Assembly: GCA_045651525.1 (NCBI GenBank)
Contig: JAZRSO010000031.1
Span: 3,219-67,218, forward strand
From: Candidatus Enterousia sp.
GTDB lineage: Bacteria > Pseudomonadota > Alphaproteobacteria > Rs-D84
DNA: 64,000 bases
Reading direction: 5' to 3'
Position numbers and translations under genes: made by a program. A model generated the notes under the pieces. The model did no database searches and was not told where the DNA came from. It was given only the letters and a program-made list of their open reading frames with translations. Below are positions 10,334 through 19,261 of the stretch, piece after piece (the first letter of the stretch is position 1; each line of letters starts with the position of its first letter).

Positions 10334-10362
10334 CTTGAAATCAATCATTTTTAGACTATATC
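10334..10362 (+). promoter_or_regulatory. candidate RpoH (sigma32)-type heat-shock promoter of groESL
   Basis: CTTGAAA (10334..10340), then CTATATC (10356..10362), 18 nt after CTTG. This is close to the alphaproteobacterial CTTG-N17-CYTATNT consensus and lies about 36 nt upstream of groES. Confidence 0.35.
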
Positions 10363-10397
10363 AATAGCACAGGTTTCACAGTTAAAGGAGATTATAT

Positions 10398-10685
10398 ATG
10401 TTCAAACCTTTACATAATTATGTTCTGCTGGAAAGAATCGAAGAAGAAAATATTACTGCTGGCGGAATTATTATCCCAGATAATGCCAAGGAAAAGCCAT
10501 CACGTGGTCGTGTTATTGCGACTGGCAACGGCACATATAATGGTGATGATTTAATCCCATTATCTGTCAAGGCAGGCGATGTCGTTTTATTTGCAAAATG
10601 GGCGGCGACTGCGAACGAAGTTAAAATTGATGGTCGTGACTATGTTTTAATCAAAGAAACAGATATCTTGGGTATCTTGGAATAA
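10398..10685 (+). CDS. groES: co-chaperonin GroES
   Basis: 95 aa, [42 protein letters not shown] upstream. Confidence 0.97.
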   Translation: MFKPLHNYVLLERIEEENITAGGIIIPDNAKEKPSRGRVIATGNGTYNGDDLIPLSVKAGDVVLFAKWAATANEVKIDGRDYVLIKETDILGILE

Positions 10686-10701
10686 CAGACGGAGATAAAT
10701 T

Positions 10702-12321
10702 ATGGCAAAAGATATTATTTTTGATACTGAAAAAATGGCGGCCGGTGTTGATAAACTGGCGAACGCGGTAAAAATCACTATGGGCCCCAAGGGACGCACA
10801 GTCGTTATTGAAAAATCATATGGTGCACCTGTTGCAACCAAAGACGGTGTTACCGTGGCCAAGGCCGTGTCATTAAAAGACCCCCAAGAAAACATCGGCG
10901 CACGCATGGTTCAAGAAGTCGCAAAAAAAGCAGGCGATGACGCAGGTGACGGCACAACAACCGCAACTGTATTGGCGCAAAAACTTATCCGCGAAGGTCG
11001 TCGTGTTATCGCCGCAGGTATGAATCCAATGGATGTTAAACGCGGTATAGATATGGCAACTGCGGCCGTTATCGCAGACATTGATGCGCACGCACGCCCT
11101 GTCAAAGACAGCAGCGAAATTGCACAAGTTGCAACTATTTCTGCGAATTCTGATTCAGACATCGGCGAAAAAATCGCAAACGCAATGGAACGCGTCGGCA
11201 AAGAAGGCGTTATTACAGTTGAAGAAGCCAAGGGTCTGGACACAGAAATCGACGTTGTCGAAGGTATGCAATTTGACCAAGGGTTTATGTCGCCCTATTT
11301 TGTTACAAACAGTGAAAAAATGTTGGCAGAACTGGACGGCGCACAAATCTTGGTTTCTGAAAAGAAAATCACGGGTCTGCAGGCATTGTTGCCAATTTTG
11401 GAACCAATTGCCCAGTCTGGCAAACCACTGTTGATTATTGCCGAAGATGTTGAATCCGAAGCATTGGCAACATTGGTACTGAACCGCCTGCGTGGTGGGT
11501 TAAAGGTTTGCGCGGTCAAGGCACCTGGATTTGGTGACAGACGCAAAGAAATGCTGAAAGATATTGCGATTGTTACAGGCGCAACTGTTATTTCTGATGA
11601 TATGGGTATGACATTTGAAAACATCAGCCCAATGGTACTGGGCAGTGCAAAAAAAGTCGTTGTTTCCAAAGACTCTACCCTGTTGGCGCACGGTGGCGGT
11701 GATAAATCCGCGATTGACGCACGTGCAGACGAAATCCGTGTTGCTATTGCCGCATCAACCAGTGATTACGACCGTGAAAAACTGTCTGAAAGATTGGCAA
11801 AACTGGTCGGTGGTGTTGCTGTTATCAAGGTTGGTGGCATGACCGAAGTCGAAGTAAAAGAAAAGAAAGACCGTGTTGATGACGCACTGGCTGCGACACG
11901 TGCCGCTGTGGCCGAAGGTATCGTTGCCGGTGGCGGTATTGCACTGGTACGCGCAGTGGCTGCACTGGAAAATTTAACAGGCGCAAACACAGACCAAAAT
12001 GTTGGTATTGATATTGTACGCCGTGCAATTATTGCGCCATGCGCCCAGATTGCTGAAAACGCTGGCACATCTGGCGAAATTGTTGTGGGCAAGGTTATGG
12101 AATCATCTGATTACAACTTTGGTTACAACGCACAATCTGGCGAATATGTTGACATGATGGCGGCGGGCATTATTGACCCGGCCAAGGTTGTCAAGACAGC
12201 AATCGCAGCGGCGGCCAGCACAGCTGGTGTAATGCTGACCACGGGCGCAGTTATGACAGAAATCCCCGAAGAAAAACCATCCACCCCACCAATGGCGGGT
12301 GGCATGCCAGGAATGATGTAA
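10702..12321 (+). CDS. groEL: chaperonin GroEL
   Basis: 539 aa with [10 protein letters not shown] and a C-terminal GGMPGMM tail. Confidence 0.98.
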   Translation: MAKDIIFDTEKMAAGVDKLANAVKITMGPKGRTVVIEKSYGAPVATKDGVTVAKAVSLKDPQENIGARMVQEVAKKAGDDAGDGTTTATVLAQKLIREGRRVIAAGMNPMDVKRGIDMATAAVIADIDAHARPVKDSSEIAQVATISANSDSDIGEKIANAMERVGKEGVITVEEAKGLDTEIDVVEGMQFDQGFMSPYFVTNSEKMLAELDGAQILVSEKKITGLQALLPILEPIAQSGKPLLIIAEDVESEALATLVLNRLRGGLKVCAVKAPGFGDRRKEMLKDIAIVTGATVISDDMGMTFENISPMVLGSAKKVVVSKDSTLLAHGGGDKSAIDARADEIRVAIAASTSDYDREKLSERLAKLVGGVAVIKVGGMTEVEVKEKKDRVDDALAATRAAVAEGIVAGGGIALVRAVAALENLTGANTDQNVGIDIVRRAIIAPCAQIAENAGTSGEIVVGKVMESSDYNFGYNAQSGEYVDMMAAGIIDPAKVVKTAIAAAASTAGVMLTTGAVMTEIPEEKPSTPPMAGGMPGMM

Positions 12322-12347
12322 AAAATCCCCCAAACGGGGGATTTTTT
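12322..12347 (+). terminator. intrinsic terminator after groEL (palindromic, A-tract/T-tract flanked)
   Basis: aaaaaTCCCCCaaacGGGGGAtttttt directly after the groEL stop. Confidence 0.8.
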
Positions 12348-12367
12348 ATTGTTTTTACAAAATAAAG

Positions 12368-12396
12368 TTGAAAATCCAAATAAAATACAATAGAAT
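12368..12396 (+). promoter_or_regulatory. sigma70-type promoter of cassette 1
   Basis: TTGAAA (12368..12373), 17-nt spacer, TAGAAT (12391..12396). An identical sequence lies at 21716..21744. Confidence 0.55.
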
Positions 12397-12637
12397 CCGC
12401 CTTGAACGAACAGGGATGTCCGTTCGGGGCCTTCATAAGCCCACCAGAAAGCGGTGTCAAAAAAAACGACACTGTATCCGTCAGACACAAGGCGCGGATG
12501 CGTCTTTTATATTCCCCAACCGCGTTGTCGGGGAGCCGTCAGTGTATACAACAGGGTTTCCCCGAAGACTGACGGGATCAGACTTTTTGGTGATTTATGA
12601 ACTCCCCGACCATCATTCCTGTGATGGTCTTTTTTTA
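12397..12637 (+). promoter_or_regulatory. structured 5' leader RNA ending in an intrinsic terminator (riboswitch/attenuator candidate, class unknown), copy A
   Basis: Several local hairpins plus the long-range helix 12442..12451/12583..12592. Terminator gaccatca-ttcctg-tgatggtc + T7 at 12608..12636, 26 nt before the ATG. A second copy at 21745..21985 carries compensatory changes. Confidence 0.65.
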
Positions 12638-12662
12638 ACAAAAAAATACGGGGATGTATATC

Positions 12663-15600
12663 ATGGCGAAAAAAATTGCACGTTTACCAGCAAAGTCAAA
12701 AACGGCATTAAAAAAAATTATTACAGTAAAAAACGCAGACGGTGACCCAGATACCACCGCAGAAATTCTAATCCAAAATAAAATCAAATACACACCAAAG
12801 GTATCTGTGATTATACCTGTGTATAATGTCGAGCAATATTTGCGTGAATGTTTGGATTCTGTTGTAAATCAGACCTTGCGTGAAATTGAAATCATCTGTG
12901 TTGATGACGGTTCAACTGACAATTCGCTGGACATCTTGAAAGAATACGCCAGCAAAGACAACCGTATTACAGTTATAAAACAACAGAATCTGCATGCAGG
13001 CGTCGCCCGCAACGCAGGCCTGTCAGTTGCCCGCGGGGAATACTTATCGTTCCTGGACAGCGACGATTTCTTTGAATTGAATATGTTGGAAGTGGCGCTG
13101 AATGCCTGCATAGTAGATAATGTAGATATGGCTATTTGGGGCGGAAAAGCTTTCGAAAATGGTAACTATAAAATTTTGAACTGGGTATTTGACACAAAAC
13201 AAATACAAAATTTAAAGCTTTTTTCAAGCGCCGACAAAGAAATTGCTGCGCGAGTATTTCAAATTATATGCGGCTGGCCAACAAATAAGCTTTACAGCTC
13301 AAAATTATTAAAAAAATCTAAATTTCGCTTTTCTTCCGCACATCATCATAACGACACATCTTTTGTGATGTCTAATGTTGTTTTTGCCACAAAAATGACG
13401 TACATACAAGACTTATATTACATTTACAGAAGAAATAGCAATAGTATTAGCGCGAACAAAGACAAACAAGTTGCTGCTTTTGCACAAAGTCTGATAGATA
13501 CATATAATAATATAAAAAAACTTAAAGTATATCCACAAATTGAGCGTAGTTTTATAAACTATGTTGTAGATTTTTCAGTTCATTATTACGACTCTCTTCG
13601 ATTTAAAGAATCTAAAGAAGAAGCAATAAAATTATGCACAGAGTTATATAATAAATTTGTTCAAGATAAGGAAGTTAGTTATTTTTATAACAAAGAAAAA
13701 TATTACAAGTTTAAAAACTCCATTTGTAACATAGACAATGAAATTCCTGTGATATTATCCTCAGACGACAATTACGCACCTTATATGTATGTAACTATGT
13801 TATCGATATTAAAAAATGCATCCAAATCTAGTTTTTATGACTTTTATTTGCTTATTCCTGGCGATTTTTCAAAAAAAAATAAAAAAAATATTTTACAATT
13901 AAAAAACAAATATAATTGTGACGTACATTTTATAAACTTGAACGATACTTTTAAAAACACTAAAATGTCTATAAAACATATTAGTTATGTGACTTATTTT
14001 AGACTTCTTGCTGCTAATTTATTACCCGCCAAATATTCGAAATGTATATATTTGGATACAGATATTTGCGTTTGCTCTGATTTGAATAAATTATACGAAT
14101 TTGATATTGAAGACAATTATGTTGCTGGCGTACCAGCAGCCGCATACATTTTTAATAAAGATATGCACATAAAAAGATTAAAACTCCAATCTGTTGATAC
14201 TTATATAAATGCCGGTGTTTTGATTATGAACTTGAAAGAAATAAGAAAAGATAATCTTACAGAAAAATTCTTGTCTTTAATGAACAATAATTACGAATCA
14301 CAAGATCAGGACATTGTAAATGTTGCTTGTTATAAACGAATAAAAATATTGCCGTTAAGATTTAATTTGATGACCAAATACGCAGGGCTATTTAATCAAA
14401 AACTGCAATCTTACACTGCGTTAAAAGAAATATACGAAGAATCAAACATAAAAGAAGCTCTAGAAAAACCTGTGATAATACATTTTGCAAATCCTGAAAA
14501 ACCATGGCAAAATAAAAAATTACCACTGTCCGATATATGGTGGTCATATGCATATGCAACTCCGTATTTTCATAAAAAACGTAATATAAAACCATACCTG
14601 CTGTTTCCGTATTATCTGATTGCGATGGTGTTTATGAAGTATATTAAAATGCCTGTGTTAAAGTTTGTTAAACATACTAAACAAATATGGTATTCGCACA
14701 GCCATCGTGGAAAAATGGATATGCTGAACAAAAATTTCACAAATATTATGCAATCAGTAACATCTGTTAAAAACGATATGACAAATCAAATAACACAGAT
14801 AAAAAATCAGCAAAGCAATCTGGAAAAACAAATTGCAGATTTAAGACACACAACTGGTGTAAAATCAAATGACTTGTCACAACAGATTGCTGATTTTCAA
14901 TCAAACGCGTCACAAAACAGCGATGATTTGGTGCAAAAAATCATCGATTTAAATACTGTAACAGAAAACAAATCAAACGACCTGTCACAGCAGATTGCTG
15001 ATTTTCAATCAAGCGCATCGCAAGGTAACGATGCCTTAGCGCAAAAAATCATCGATTTAAATACCGTGACAGAAAGTAAATCAAACGACCTGTCACAGCA
15101 GATTGCTGATTTTCAATCAAACGCGTCACAAAATAACGATGCCTTGGCGCAAAAAATCATTGATTTAATAAATACAACAAAAGACATCCCTGATACAATT
15201 GCGCAACATGCGTCAGAACAGATAAAGGCGATACAACATAATGTTGAAACATTAAATCAACAAAACAAGGACACTCAATCCAATATTATCAATACTGTTG
15301 ATCAGATTAAAAAACACGCTGATGAATTGACAGTAATGAATTCCGAACCGTATTGGGCGCATGTTTATCATGACACAACAGCTAATACAACATGGCTGAA
15401 AAACAAAAGTGTTTCACCTGGACGCTGGGCGATTTCATACATCGTGTTGTATGTGTTGTACAGAATTTTGGATGAAGTAAAGCCAAAATCTATACTGGAA
15501 TGTGGATTGGGGCAATCGTCCAAACTGACGATACAATATGCAGATTCACATAACGCAGATTTAACAATTTGCGAGAATAATCCAGAATGGTTGTCTTTCT

Positions 15601-15986
15601 TTCAACGTCAATTCCCGACCGCGGACAAATACACAACTATTCTTGATACAGAAATGGTTAATATTGTTCCAGAACATGAATCTAGAACCTATGCCAATTT
15701 TAAACCGACAATTGGAGATAAAAAATTCAATTTGGTCTTAATTGATGGGCCACTGGGAAGTCCACATTATTCACGTCCTGAAATTTTGGATATTGTGGAT
15801 AATCTGGATAAATCGTTCGTAATATTGCTGGATGACATGAACAGAATTGGCGAACAGGAAACGTGGCAATTATTAAAACAAAAATTACACAGCAAAGGCA
15901 TTGAATTCAAAGAACGCAAATATTCATCCGACAAAACAGTTGGTTTGATATGCTCGATGGATTTGGCTTATCTAACATCGTTATAA
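12663..15986 (+). CDS. giant multidomain glycosyltransferase: GT2 + GT8 + hydrophobic anchor + 3x36-aa coiled-coil repeats + SAM-methyltransferase-like C-terminal domain
   Basis: GT2: VSVIIPVYNVEQYL..VDDGSTDNS..LDSDD. GT8: IPVILSSDDNYAPY..YLDTDICV..NAGVLIMN..QDQDI. Anchor: KPYLLFPYYLIAMVFMKYI. C-terminus: ILECGLGQSS..LVLIDGP..LLDDMNR. The track ORF starts at 12654, but ATG 12663 has better SD spacing. Confidence 0.85.
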   Translation: MAKKIARLPAKSKTALKKIITVKNADGDPDTTAEILIQNKIKYTPKVSVIIPVYNVEQYLRECLDSVVNQTLREIEIICVDDGSTDNSLDILKEYASKDNRITVIKQQNLHAGVARNAGLSVARGEYLSFLDSDDFFELNMLEVALNACIVDNVDMAIWGGKAFENGNYKILNWVFDTKQIQNLKLFSSADKEIAARVFQIICGWPTNKLYSSKLLKKSKFRFSSAHHHNDTSFVMSNVVFATKMTYIQDLYYIYRRNSNSISANKDKQVAAFAQSLIDTYNNIKKLKVYPQIERSFINYVVDFSVHYYDSLRFKESKEEAIKLCTELYNKFVQDKEVSYFYNKEKYYKFKNSICNIDNEIPVILSSDDNYAPYMYVTMLSILKNASKSSFYDFYLLIPGDFSKKNKKNILQLKNKYNCDVHFINLNDTFKNTKMSIKHISYVTYFRLLAANLLPAKYSKCIYLDTDICVCSDLNKLYEFDIEDNYVAGVPAAAYIFNKDMHIKRLKLQSVDTYINAGVLIMNLKEIRKDNLTEKFLSLMNNNYESQDQDIVNVACYKRIKILPLRFNLMTKYAGLFNQKLQSYTALKEIYEESNIKEALEKPVIIHFANPEKPWQNKKLPLSDIWWSYAYATPYFHKKRNIKPYLLFPYYLIAMVFMKYIKMPVLKFVKHTKQIWYSHSHRGKMDMLNKNFTNIMQSVTSVKNDMTNQITQIKNQQSNLEKQIADLRHTTGVKSNDLSQQIADFQSNASQNSDDLVQKIIDLNTVTENKSNDLSQQIADFQSSASQGNDALAQKIIDLNTVTESKSNDLSQQIADFQSNASQNNDALAQKIIDLINTTKDIPDTIAQHASEQIKAIQHNVETLNQQNKDTQSNIINTVDQIKKHADELTVMNSEPYWAHVYHDTTANTTWLKNKSVSPGRWAISYIVLYVLYRILDEVKPKSILECGLGQSSKLTIQYADSHNADLTICENNPEWLSFFQRQFPTADKYTTILDTEMVNIVPEHESRTYANFKPTIGDKKFNLVLIDGPLGSPHYSRPEILDIVDNLDKSFVILLDDMNRIGEQETWQLLKQKLHSKGIEFKERKYSSDKTVGLICSMDLAYLTSL
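14862..15185 (+). repeat. 3 tandem 108-bp (36-aa) in-frame repeats inside the giant glycosyltransferase gene
   Basis: KSNDLSQQIADFQSNASQNSDDLVQKIIDLNTVTEN occurs three times. Unit starts are about 14862, 14970 and 15078. Confidence 0.9.
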
Positions 15987-16013
15987 AAAATCCCCCGTTT
16001 GGGGGATTTTTTT
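15987..16013 (+). terminator. intrinsic terminator, inverted copy of the groEL terminator hairpin
   Basis: aaaaTCCCCCgtttGGGGGAttttttt. It is shared by the convergent fabZ. Confidence 0.8.
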
Positions 16014-16024
16014 ATGAAATGGTT

Positions 16025-16468
16025 TTAATCTGAAACCTTTTGCAGGACGGCGGTAAAGGTGGATTCTGCAACCTTTTTGCCCGCAACCATCGCAATACCG
16101 TGGAATTTATAAAGACTCATCTTTGTGACCAATAATTCAACGTGTAATTCCAGTTTGTCGCCCGGACGAACCATATGTGAAAACTTTATCTTTTCCATCG
16201 TGGTAAAGTAACCCAACATATTTTTGCGTTCTTCGTCTGACAGGCGACTGAACGCAACAAAACACGCCGTTTGCGCCAATGCTTCGACCTGTAATACGCC
16301 TGGCATAATTGGATTGCCTGGGAAATGACCCGCACACCAGAATTCATCATCGCGTACATACTTTACACCAACCGCACTGGTGTCTGAATATTCGCGGATT
16401 TCGTCAACCATGCGCATATCGCCACGATGTGGAATAATTTTTTCTATTTCTTTTGCACCTGCAATCAT
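16025..16468 (-). CDS. fabZ: 3-hydroxyacyl-ACP dehydratase FabZ
   Basis: IIPHRGDMRMVDEI and CAGHFPGNPIMPGVLQVEALAQ. Confidence 0.93.
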   Translation of the reverse strand: MIAGAKEIEKIIPHRGDMRMVDEIREYSDTSAVGVKYVRDDEFWCAGHFPGNPIMPGVLQVEALAQTACFVAFSRLSDEERKNMLGYFTTMEKIKFSHMVRPGDKLELHVELLVTKMSLYKFHGIAMVAGKKVAESTFTAVLQKVSD

Positions 16469-16482
16469 TTCTGTACCCCGTA

Positions 16483-17499
16483 TTATTTCTTGGAATTTTT
16501 ACGCAGCCAGGCATAGTGGCGCATAAATTCTGTACCCGGCCCTGCTGGATAACCCATATGGCTTTCCCCGTCTGGAATATTGCGGAAAACGCCACTGTTT
16601 GCTCCGACAGACGCATCGTTTCCAATCTTGACCCCGTTGGCAACGCCAACATGACCGCCCAATAATGCACGATCGCCAATTACAACACCGCCAGCCAATC
16701 CAACACCACTGGCCAAGAAACATTCAGCCCCCACAACAACACCATGTGCAATTTGGCACAAATTATCAATTTTAGTTCCATTTCCAATCGTTGTGTCTGT
16801 CATCGCACCACGGTCGATACAAGTGTTCGCACCAACAGATACACGTTCGCCAATTACAACACGACCAACATGTGGAATAAATACATTTTTGCCCTGTTGA
16901 CGAGTGTACCCAAACCCATCTTTACCAATTACTGCATTCGCATTTATAACACTGTCTGCACCGATTGTTGCATTTTCAATGTGCGCACCACTGTGCACAA
17001 TCGTATTACGTCCCAGCACAACGCCACGACCAATAAAGGCACCCGGATAAATCTTGACCCCTGGTTCAATAGACGCACCACGTTCAATCGTTACAAACTG
17101 ACCAACATAGTTTGAACGCTTTTTACGAAAGAACACACCACGTTCAATAAATGCGTGTTTGCTGATACCAAAACGTGGCTTTTCACGGTAAATTTCGCCC
17201 AAAATCTTTACAATATTTCCACGTGGACTGTCTGTTATCAACAGGGTTGTACCAGCAGGCGCGTGTTTTGCCATTTCTGGTTGCACCAAGATAACAGTCG
17301 CACGTGTATTTTCCAATACAGATATTGGTAAAATCTTGAACGCGTTACTGTTTTGTTCCGTGGAATAAAATGCCAACTGGCCAGATTTTGCATCTGCAAT
17401 TGGCGCAACACCGCGAACAGGCGCGTTTGCATCGCCACGTAATTCCAGACCAAATTTGGCCGCCAATGCGCCAGCTGTGGTTTTGCTTGCCGCTGGCAT
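16483..17499 (-). CDS. lpxD: UDP-3-O-acylglucosamine N-acyltransferase LpxD
   Basis: Hexapeptide-repeat left-handed helix region. N-terminus [12 protein letters not shown]. Start set to ATG 17499 with SD AAGGAA. Confidence 0.88.
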   Translation of the reverse strand: MPAASKTTAGALAAKFGLELRGDANAPVRGVAPIADAKSGQLAFYSTEQNSNAFKILPISVLENTRATVILVQPEMAKHAPAGTTLLITDSPRGNIVKILGEIYREKPRFGISKHAFIERGVFFRKKRSNYVGQFVTIERGASIEPGVKIYPGAFIGRGVVLGRNTIVHSGAHIENATIGADSVINANAVIGKDGFGYTRQQGKNVFIPHVGRVVIGERVSVGANTCIDRGAMTDTTIGNGTKIDNLCQIAHGVVVGAECFLASGVGLAGGVVIGDRALLGGHVGVANGVKIGNDASVGANSGVFRNIPDGESHMGYPAGPGTEFMRHYAWLRKNSKK

Positions 17500-17700
17500 A
17501 AACAAGTTCCTTAGTATTTTCATCATAGCAGCCGAATTATAAATCAAAAAAAAACACAATGCTAGACTTTTATTTTTTACTTGTATTTTTACGATTCGTA
17601 TATATAATAGTACTTGTTCTTAAATAATTTTTTAAGGGCGGGGTTGAAAAAACCCCGCTCTTTCAATAAGACATCTAAACAAACGCAAAGGAGTGAATAA

Positions 17701-19248
17701 ATGTCTTTTGTATCTATGCCTCGTCAGGATTTACTGTTGGCAATTGATTCTTTGGCCCAGGAAAAACAAATTGAACGCGATATCGTTATTGAATCGCTGG
17801 AAATTGCAATTGCAAAAATTGCTAAACACAAATATGGCGAAGAATTTAACATTATCGCAAATATCGATCGTAAAAACGGTGCTATCTATGTTAAGCGCTT
17901 GTTCGATGTTATTGAATCACCAGAATCTGTTGGCGAAGAATATAATCCAAACACTATGTTGACTGTGGCACAGGCAAAAAAATACGCAAAAGACCCATCT
18001 GTTGGCGATGTTGTTGAAGATGCACTGCCAGAACCAGAATTTGGTCGTATGGCATTCCAAACTGCAAAACAAATTATGACAACACGCGTTCGTGATGCTG
18101 AAAAAGGTCGCCAATTCGAAGAATTCAAAGATGATATCGGCGATATCGTCAGCGGTGTTGTTAAACGTATCGAATTCGGCAGTGTTTTCGTCGATATCAA
18201 CGGCAAAGCCGAAGGTTATATCAAGGGAACAGAACTTATCCCTGGGGAAAAGTTGGCTGTGGGCGACCGTGTTCGCGCACTGATTATGGACGTTGTTCGC
18301 TCAAATACAGGCCCACAGATTTTCTTGACACGTACACACCCAATGTTTATGGAAAAGTTGTTCGTTCAAGAAGTTCCTGAAATCTATGAAGGCGTTATCA
18401 AAATTAAATCTGTGGCACGTGCGCCTGGTTCACACGCAAAAATCGCTGTAGAAACACAAGATCCATCAATCGACGCAGTTGGTATGACTGTTGGTATCAA
18501 GGGTACACGTATCCAACCTGTTATCAACGAATGTCATGGTGAAAAAATTGACGTTATCTTGTATTCCGAAGACCCTGCTGTATTTATCGTAAATGCAATG
18601 CAACCTGCCAAGGTCGCAAAAATCATCGTTGACGAAGATACACGCAGCGCAGCAGTCGTTGTGAACGAAGATCAACAGTCTTTGGCAATTGGCCGTCGTG
18701 GTCAAAACGTTCGCTTGGCGTCACAATTGACAGGTTGGAACATTGACGTTATGAACGAAACCGAAGAACAAGAAAAACGCGCAAAAGAATTCAAAGAAAA
18801 GACAGAACTGTTTATCGGTGGATTGGATGTTGATGAAATGATTGCACAGCTGCTGATTACCGAAGGTTTCCGCACAATCGAAGAAGTTGCTTTCGTTGAC
18901 ATCGCAGAACTGGAAGAAATCGAAGGATTTAACCCAGAATTGGCAGCAGAATTACAAAAACGCGCAAAAGACTATCTGGAAAAACTGGAAAAAGACTATA
19001 TCGAAAATGGTCATAAACTGGGTATGTCTGATGACTTGTTGAACTTTACATTTATCAAACGCCCAATCATTATGCAATTGGGTAACGCAGGTATCAAATC
19101 ACTGGAAGATTTGGCAGACCTGTCAACAGATGAATTGATTGAAATCTTGGGCGAAGATTCTATGTCAAATCGCTTGGCTGGGCGTATAATTATGAAGGCA
19201 CGTGAAATCGCGTACAATATCAATCAAGAAGAAACAATAGAAGAATAA
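17701..19248 (+). CDS. nusA: transcription termination/antitermination factor NusA
   Basis: 515 aa with S1, KH (GRRGQNVRLASQLTGW) and C-terminal acidic repeats. SD AAGGAG upstream. Confidence 0.95.
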   Translation: MSFVSMPRQDLLLAIDSLAQEKQIERDIVIESLEIAIAKIAKHKYGEEFNIIANIDRKNGAIYVKRLFDVIESPESVGEEYNPNTMLTVAQAKKYAKDPSVGDVVEDALPEPEFGRMAFQTAKQIMTTRVRDAEKGRQFEEFKDDIGDIVSGVVKRIEFGSVFVDINGKAEGYIKGTELIPGEKLAVGDRVRALIMDVVRSNTGPQIFLTRTHPMFMEKLFVQEVPEIYEGVIKIKSVARAPGSHAKIAVETQDPSIDAVGMTVGIKGTRIQPVINECHGEKIDVILYSEDPAVFIVNAMQPAKVAKIIVDEDTRSAAVVVNEDQQSLAIGRRGQNVRLASQLTGWNIDVMNETEEQEKRAKEFKEKTELFIGGLDVDEMIAQLLITEGFRTIEEVAFVDIAELEEIEGFNPELAAELQKRAKDYLEKLEKDYIENGHKLGMSDDLLNFTFIKRPIIMQLGNAGIKSLEDLADLSTDELIEILGEDSMSNRLAGRIIMKAREIAYNINQEETIEE

Positions 19249-19261
19249 TAAAATAAACGGG

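Noticed and set aside
12397-12637. Assignment of the leader to a known riboswitch class (ydaO/c-di-AMP, c-di-GMP-I, ykkC, Moco, glycine)
   Set aside because: Only short fortuitous resemblances (GGGGAGCC, CCCCGAAG) were seen by eye, and the conserved cores and order of elements did not match. This needs cmscan to settle, so I left the class as unknown.
12368-12745. 125-aa ORF across leader copy A (and 65-aa ORF 21750..21947 across copy B)
   Set aside because: The two copies do not conserve a common reading frame. There is a 1-nt indel, and the substitutions are compensatory at the RNA-pairing level. The ORF also reads through a terminator hairpin.
13861-13890. A9-T-A8 run inside the giant glycosyltransferase gene as a frameshift-type phase switch
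   Set aside because: It encodes an ordinary Lys/Asn-rich stretch (SKKNKKNI) in an AT-rich gene. I found no alternative frame or duplicated start that would make slippage productive. It remains possible but is unsupported.
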